NCBI GenBank assembly: GCA_035285125.1
Contig: JAYKHR010000016.1
Location: 1 to 53,418 of the forward strand
Reading direction: 5' to 3'
Origin: Candidatus Sericytochromatia bacterium
Lineage (GTDB): Bacteria; Cyanobacteriota; Sericytochromatia; S15B-MN24; JAQBPE01
DNA: 53,418 nt
Part shown: piece by piece, positions 45,959-53,418 of the stretch
How the letters are laid out: each line of letters opens with the position of its first letter
Position numbering within the stretch: the first letter of the stretch is position 1
Made by a program: the position numbers and the translations under genes
The notes under the pieces: model-generated
The model's input: only the letters and a program-made list of their open reading frames with translations
Told to the model about the DNA's origin: nothing
Databases searched by the model: none

Positions 45959-47404
45959 ATGCCTCCAGCCCGCCCCAAACCCGCCTGGCTCGACGAGCTG
46001 CGTGCCGCGTTGCCCGCGGACGCGGTGCTCGCCGACGCCGCGCACCGGCTGGCCTACGACTGCGATGCCTACACGATCGCCAGGGAGGCCCCCGCCGTCG
46101 TCGTGCTGCCGCGCTCCACGCGCGAGGTCAGCGAGGTGATGCGCGTGGCGCACCGCCACGGCGTGGCCGTCGTGCCTCGCGGCGCGGGCACGGGGCTGGC
46201 GGGGGGGGCGGTGCCCGAAGCGGGCGGCATCGTGGTCGGGCTCTCGCGCATGAACCGGGTGCTGGCCGTCGACGGGGCCAACCGCCGCGCCACGGTGGAG
46301 GCCGGGGTGGTGAACGCGCAGCTCACGCAGCTCGTGGCCCCGAGCGGCCTGCACTTCGCCCCGGACCCGAGCTCCCAGAGCGCCTGCACCATCGGCGGCA
46401 ACATCGCTGAGAACGCCGGGGGGCCCCACACGCTGAAGTACGGCGTCACCGTCAACCATGTGCTGGCCGTCGAGCTCGTGCTGCCCGACGGCGAGGTGGT
46501 CTGGCTCGGCAGCGAGTTCGACGAGACGCCCGGCTACGATATGGTGGGGGCCGTCGTGGGCTCCGAGGGAACGCTCGGGATCGTCACGCGTGCCGTCGTG
46601 CGCCTCACGCCCGTGCCAGAGGGGGTGCGGACGCTGCTTGCCACCTTCCCGGACGTGCGGGGCGCCAGCGGGGCCGTCTCGGCGATCATCGGTCGCGGGA
46701 TCATCCCTGCGGCCCTGGAGATGATGGACCAGGCCATCATCGAGGCGGTGGAGGCGGCCTTTGGCCTCGGCCTGCCCCTCGATGCCGGAGCCGCGCTGAT
46801 CGTCGAGCTCGATGGGCCCGAGGCAGGCCTCGACGAAGGGGCCAGCGAGGTCGAGGCCATCCTGCACGCCCACGGCGCCGCCAGCGTCGAGCGGGCCGCG
46901 GACGCCGCAGCGCGGGAGCGGCTCTGGCTCGCGCGCAAGAAGGCGGTGGGGGCCGTCGGCCGGCTCGCCCCGAGCAAGGTCACGATGGACGGCGTGATCC
47001 CCAGGACCCGGCTCCCCGAGGTGCTGGAGGCCATCGGGGCGATCGCGGCGGCCCACGGCCTGCGGGTGGGCAACGTGTTCCACGCCGGCGACGGCAACCT
47101 GCACCCGCTGCTGCTGTTCGACGAGCGAGACCCGGACCAGGTGGCCCGCGTGCTCGCCGCCGGTGAGGAGATCTTGCGCGTCTGCGTCGAGGCGGGCGGC
47201 AGCGTCACGGGCGAGCACGGCATCGGCGTCGAGAAGCGCGACCACCTCGGGCTGATGTTCGACGCGCAAGACCTGGCGGCGATGGAGCAACTCAGGCGCG
47301 TCTTCGATCCCGACGAGCGCCTCAACCCGGACAAGCTGCTGCCGGTGCGACGGGGGTGCGGCGAGGCCCGCCTGGGCCAGCCCCGGGGAGGCGTCCTGTG
47401 CTGA
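45959..47404 (+). CDS. glcD: glycolate oxidase FAD subunit GlcD-like
   Basis: PRGAGTGLAGG, APDPSSQSACTIGGNIAENAGG, GSEGTLG, FHAGDGNLHP, GEHGIG.EK. Confidence 0.9.
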   Translation: MPPARPKPAWLDELRAALPADAVLADAAHRLAYDCDAYTIAREAPAVVVLPRSTREVSEVMRVAHRHGVAVVPRGAGTGLAGGAVPEAGGIVVGLSRMNRVLAVDGANRRATVEAGVVNAQLTQLVAPSGLHFAPDPSSQSACTIGGNIAENAGGPHTLKYGVTVNHVLAVELVLPDGEVVWLGSEFDETPGYDMVGAVVGSEGTLGIVTRAVVRLTPVPEGVRTLLATFPDVRGASGAVSAIIGRGIIPAALEMMDQAIIEAVEAAFGLGLPLDAGAALIVELDGPEAGLDEGASEVEAILHAHGAASVERAADAAARERLWLARKKAVGAVGRLAPSKVTMDGVIPRTRLPEVLEAIGAIAAAHGLRVGNVFHAGDGNLHPLLLFDERDPDQVARVLAAGEEILRVCVEAGGSVTGEHGIGVEKRDHLGLMFDAQDLAAMEQLRRVFDPDERLNPDKLLPVRRGCGEARLGQPRGGVLC

Positions 47405-48645
47405 GGGGCGGCGCCCGTGAAGCCCTGTGCGCCGAGGTCGATGGCCTCGTCCCTGGTCGTGCCGTTGCGCCCAGCACGCCGGCAGAAGTGGCCGCCACGC
47501 TGCTGGCCGCGCGGGAGGCGGGTGAGGCGGTGATCCCCTGGGGGGGCGGCACGCACCAGGCCACCGGCGGCTTGCCCGCCCGCTACGACGTGGCGCTCGA
47601 CATGCGGGGGCTGGACGCCGTGCGGGCCCACACGCCCCAGGACCTCACGGTGACGGTCGAGGCCGGCGTGACGCTGGCCCGGCTGCAGCAGGTGCTGGCC
47701 GGGCACGGCCAGCACCTGCCCATCGAGGTCGAGGCCCCCGAACGGGCCACGATCGGGGGCCTCATCGGCTCGGGGGTCGCGGGGCCCAGCCGGCTGGGGC
47801 GGGGCACGCTGCGGGACCTGCTGCTCTGGACCGAGGTCGCCACCCCGGAGGGTCGGCTGGTGCGGGGCGGTGCCCAGGTGGTGAAGAGCGTGGCCGGCTA
47901 CGACACGCCCAAGCTGCACATCGGGGCCCTCGGGTCGCTGGGCGTCGTCACGGCGGCCTGCTTCAGGCTCATGCCGCGACCGGTGGCCCGCCGCCTCGTG
48001 CGTGTCGCCGTGGAGACGCCCGCGGCTGTCGGGCTGGCGCTGGCGGCCCCCATGGCCGCGGGCCTGCAGCCTTGCCTGATGACGGTCTCGCGTGGCCCGG
48101 CCGCCTGGGGCGGGGCCTACAGGCCCGACGGCTACGTGGTCTCCTGCGGCTTCGAGGGCGCCGCGCCAGCCGTCGACGCGGCCGCAGACCGCCTCACGGC
48201 CGCGCTCCGAGGCCTGGCGGTCACGCCGGCCGTGCTGGCGAACGTCGGCTGCGAGATGGCCGTCGACGCGCTGATGGCGCCGCGCGGGTGGGGAAGCCTG
48301 CGCGTCCGGTGCCTCACGGCCTCGGATCGGGTGCCCACCCTGCTGGACGACCTCGCGGCGCTGCCCGATCCCCCCACGGCCATCTGGGCCGAGGCCGGCA
48401 ATGGCGTCGTGCGGGCAGCCTGGGGGGAGGTGCCGGACGCCCCCGACGCCTGGTGGCAGGCCCTCCGGCGGGTGATCGGCCCGCCCGGCGGCACGTGGGT
48501 GGTGGAGGCCGCCCCCCCTGCCTGGAAGCGCTGCGGCCTCGAGGTGTGGGGGCCGGAGCGACCGGACTGGGCCCTGATGCGAGGCCTCAAGCGGGCCTGG
48601 GATCCCGCGGGCGTGCTCGCGCCGGGCCGGACACCCGGTGGATGA
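47398..48645 (+). CDS. glcE: glycolate oxidase subunit GlcE-like
   Basis: DLTVTVEAG, ATIGG, GGAQVVKSVAGYD.PKL.IGALGSLG, LKRAWDPAGVLAPGR; overlaps glcD. Confidence 0.85.
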   Translation: MLRGGAREALCAEVDGLVPGRAVAPSTPAEVAATLLAAREAGEAVIPWGGGTHQATGGLPARYDVALDMRGLDAVRAHTPQDLTVTVEAGVTLARLQQVLAGHGQHLPIEVEAPERATIGGLIGSGVAGPSRLGRGTLRDLLLWTEVATPEGRLVRGGAQVVKSVAGYDTPKLHIGALGSLGVVTAACFRLMPRPVARRLVRVAVETPAAVGLALAAPMAAGLQPCLMTVSRGPAAWGGAYRPDGYVVSCGFEGAAPAVDAAADRLTAALRGLAVTPAVLANVGCEMAVDALMAPRGWGSLRVRCLTASDRVPTLLDDLAALPDPPTAIWAEAGNGVVRAAWGEVPDAPDAWWQALRRVIGPPGGTWVVEAAPPAWKRCGLEVWGPERPDWALMRGLKRAWDPAGVLAPGRTPGG

Positions 48646-49919
48646 GCGGACGAGGAGGCGGCTTGGGACAGACAGGAGAAGGGGCGAGCGGGCTGCTCGA
48701 TGCCTGCATCCACTGCGGGCTCTGCCTGCCGCGGTGCCCGACCTACCGCGAAACGGGCGACGAGCTCGCCTCGCCGCGGGGGCGGCTGCACCTGATGCGG
48801 GCGCTCGAGGAGGGGCGGCTGACGGCTGAGGCCGAGGTTCGGGAGGCCTTCGACGGCTGCGTGGGCTGCCGTGCTTGCGAGACGGCCTGCCCGGCGGGCG
48901 TGCGCTACGGGGCGCTGCTGGAGCACGCCCGGGCGACCTGGGTGGAGCCAGCCAGGCCCGCCACCCCGGCCGTGCGGGCCTGGCGCCGCCTCGCCGGCAG
49001 CGTCCTCACGGAGCGACGGCTGATGGGGCTGGGCGTCGTGCCCGGCAGGCTGGCTCGGCGCCTGCTGGTGCGGGCAGGGCGGGCGCCGGCCTGGCTGCCA
49101 GGCCAGGTGGGACGCGCCCTCGAGCTGCTGCCGGAGGGGGGGCTCTGGCCCTCCACGGGGTTGCCCGAGTGGACCCCGGCCGTGGGCACGGAGCGCGGGG
49201 TGGTGGCGTTCTTGCAGGGCTGTGCGGGGGCTGCGCTCTATGGTGAGGCCAACGCCGCGACGGTGCGCCTGCTCGCCCGCGCGGGCTTCCGCGTCTGGGT
49301 GCCGCCCGGGCTGGGGTGCTGCGGCGCGTTGCAGCTGCACGAGGGCGACAGGGAGGGGGCGATCGCCCAGGCCCGGGCCAACGTCGCGGCCCTCGGACGC
49401 CACCCCTGGGTGGCCCTCGTCTCCAACGCCGGCGGCTGCGGAGCCGCGCTGCACGACTACGCCCACCTCCTGCCCGGCGACCCGGAGGCGCAGAGCTGCG
49501 CGGCCCGCGTCGTGGATCTCGCGACGTTCCTCGGGCGCGAGGGGCTGCCGCCCCCGCCCGCGTCCCCCACACCGCGCAGCGTGCGCGTCACCTGGCATGA
49601 CCCGTGCCACCTGGCGCACGGCCTCGGCGTGCGCGAGGCGCCCCGCCGCCTGCTCGCCGCGATGCCCGGCGTGACCCTGGTCGAGCTCCCCGAGGCCGAC
49701 TGGTGCTGCGGCGGGGCCGGCAGTTACACGCTGAAGCAGCCCGACATGTCGGACAGGCTGCTCGCCACCAAGCTGGCCCACGTGTGGTCCACGGGGGCCG
49801 AGGTCGTCGTCACGGCCAACCCGCCGTGCCTGATGCAGCTGGGGCGCGGGCTCGCCCAGCAGGGCGACGCGCCCCCCGTGGTGCACCTCGCCTCCTTCCT
49901 GGACGGTTTCTGGCACTGA
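48642..49919 (+). CDS. glcF: glycolate oxidase Fe-S subunit GlcF-like
   Basis: CIHCGLCLPRCPTY, CVGCRACETACP, two CCG domains, HDPCHL; ATGA overlap. Confidence 0.9.
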   Translation: MSGRGGGLGQTGEGASGLLDACIHCGLCLPRCPTYRETGDELASPRGRLHLMRALEEGRLTAEAEVREAFDGCVGCRACETACPAGVRYGALLEHARATWVEPARPATPAVRAWRRLAGSVLTERRLMGLGVVPGRLARRLLVRAGRAPAWLPGQVGRALELLPEGGLWPSTGLPEWTPAVGTERGVVAFLQGCAGAALYGEANAATVRLLARAGFRVWVPPGLGCCGALQLHEGDREGAIAQARANVAALGRHPWVALVSNAGGCGAALHDYAHLLPGDPEAQSCAARVVDLATFLGREGLPPPPASPTPRSVRVTWHDPCHLAHGLGVREAPRRLLAAMPGVTLVELPEADWCCGGAGSYTLKQPDMSDRLLATKLAHVWSTGAEVVVTANPPCLMQLGRGLAQQGDAPPVVHLASFLDGFWH

Positions 49920-49933
49920 GGGGAGCCAGCCCG

Positions 49934-50971
49934 TCAGGTCCCTGGCTGTACCGTGCCCGGGGCGCTGGGTGTGGAGCTGGGTGAGACGGTCGACGAAGCC
50001 GTCGGCGTCGCAGAGGGGGCCACGGAGGGCGTGGGCGCAGGCTCCCGCCCCGGCCGGAACACGACGGGCCTGTCCGGGTCCCGGCGCCCCGTCACGACGG
50101 CGTTGCAGCCCAGCCACAGGCGATCCACCTCCCGCTCGATCAGCGGATCCTGCTTCGCCAACCCGTCGAGCAGGACGAGGGCTCCGTCGGCGGCATCGGC
50201 CTCGGCAGACCAGGCCTCAGTGGGCAGCTGGACCGAGCCGGGGTCGAAAGACAACCCGGCGGGCAGCCCCCCCGAGAGGGCCCGGCGAACCCGCAGCAGC
50301 AAGGGCTCCACGTCGGCCGTGGCGAGCTGGGCGAAGGTGATGTTCCGACCGGCCCGCTGCCAGAACCGCAGCAGCTCTCGCGCCACGAGCGTGGAGGCGA
50401 GGTCGACCGGGACGCCGCCCGCCTGCAGCGCCTCCCGCGGCCGGGCCCAGGCCAGGGCCCGCACGTTGCGCCCTGCCGCGCGCGTGCGCACCTCGAGGAA
50501 GACGCAGGCCAGCGTGGACACCCCCGGCAGCCGGAAGCGCCCCTCGGCGTCGGAGTAGGTGCCGAGGGTGGCGCTCACCAGCTTGAGGTCAGGCCCCCGG
50601 GGCGCCACGAGGGCATTCTGCACCGGCTTCTCGAAGGTCGCCTGCAGCAGCCTGAGCCGAGCCGCTGGCGAGGGCTCGGACAGGTCGAAGCGCTCGCCGA
50701 CGATCACGGGGGCGCCATTGGCGAGGGCCGCCGGGCCGAACACGCGCCCCTCGAGGATCGCGACCGCCGCCCGCGGCGGGGCACTGGCGGGCACCCTCAC
50801 CCCGGGCGCCCCCGAGGGGCGCGCCAGGGGCGAGGCGGAAGGTGAGGCCAGGGCGGCAGGCTCCAGGGCCGCCGTCGGGGCCGGCGCCGGCGCCGGCCCA
50901 CAGGCCGCTGCCGCGAGCAACGCCAGCGGGGCCACCAGGCTGCGCGGCCTCCGCGCCCACGAGAGCTGCAC
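49934..50971 (-). CDS. lipoprotein related to the N-terminal module of the NHL lipoproteins
   Basis: LAAAAC lipobox; ILEGRV; YSDAEGRFRLPGV; VPVDLASTLVA; no propeller. Confidence 0.7.
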   Translation of the reverse strand: MQLSWARRPRSLVAPLALLAAAACGPAPAPAPTAALEPAALASPSASPLARPSGAPGVRVPASAPPRAAVAILEGRVFGPAALANGAPVIVGERFDLSEPSPAARLRLLQATFEKPVQNALVAPRGPDLKLVSATLGTYSDAEGRFRLPGVSTLACVFLEVRTRAAGRNVRALAWARPREALQAGGVPVDLASTLVARELLRFWQRAGRNITFAQLATADVEPLLLRVRRALSGGLPAGLSFDPGSVQLPTEAWSAEADAADGALVLLDGLAKQDPLIEREVDRLWLGCNAVVTGRRDPDRPVVFRPGREPAPTPSVAPSATPTASSTVSPSSTPSAPGTVQPGT

Positions 50972-51001
50972 GGCTTGGACTCCCTTCAGCGGCGCCTCGC
51001 C

Positions 51002-53398
<2,397 letters not shown>

Positions 53399-53418
53399 GG
53401 GGGTTCTCCGACAGGGGC

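Overview
Gene-dense bacterial chromosomal segment, very GC-rich (about 70-75% by eye), with about 40 genes. Housekeeping and metabolic genes: comEA, pgi, lysS, leuS, selO/ydiU, kynA-kynU, glcDEF, an AttEFH-like ABC/lipocalin operon and a three-gene glycosyltransferase operon. Accessory genes: five paralogous lipoproteins sharing an N-terminal module (four carry an 8-aa I-S-D-x-G-G repeat and NHL beta-propellers), two papain-like cell-wall amidases, a vertebrate-type peptidylarginine deiminase lipoprotein, an Rpn/DUF4351 nuclease, a HEPN remnant and a 1073-aa orphan. DUF561, DUF4351 and the lipoprotein repeats suggest a non-photosynthetic relative of cyanobacteria such as Sericytochromatia (inference only). 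The most striking signals are non-coding: (1) several dif/Xer-like ATAA-N6-TTAT sites at 28-37 kb, two of which bracket one lipoprotein gene; (2) a recurring TTAA-N7-TTAA box 30-42 bp upstream of a sigma-28-like CGAT/CGAC -10 element, in front of signal-less proteins with MP/Pro-rich N-termini; (3) recurring GGGTA promoter motifs; (4) a possible 6S-like RNA upstream of lysS. No tRNA, rRNA, CRISPR array or transposase was recognised. All calls are by eye, with no database searches.
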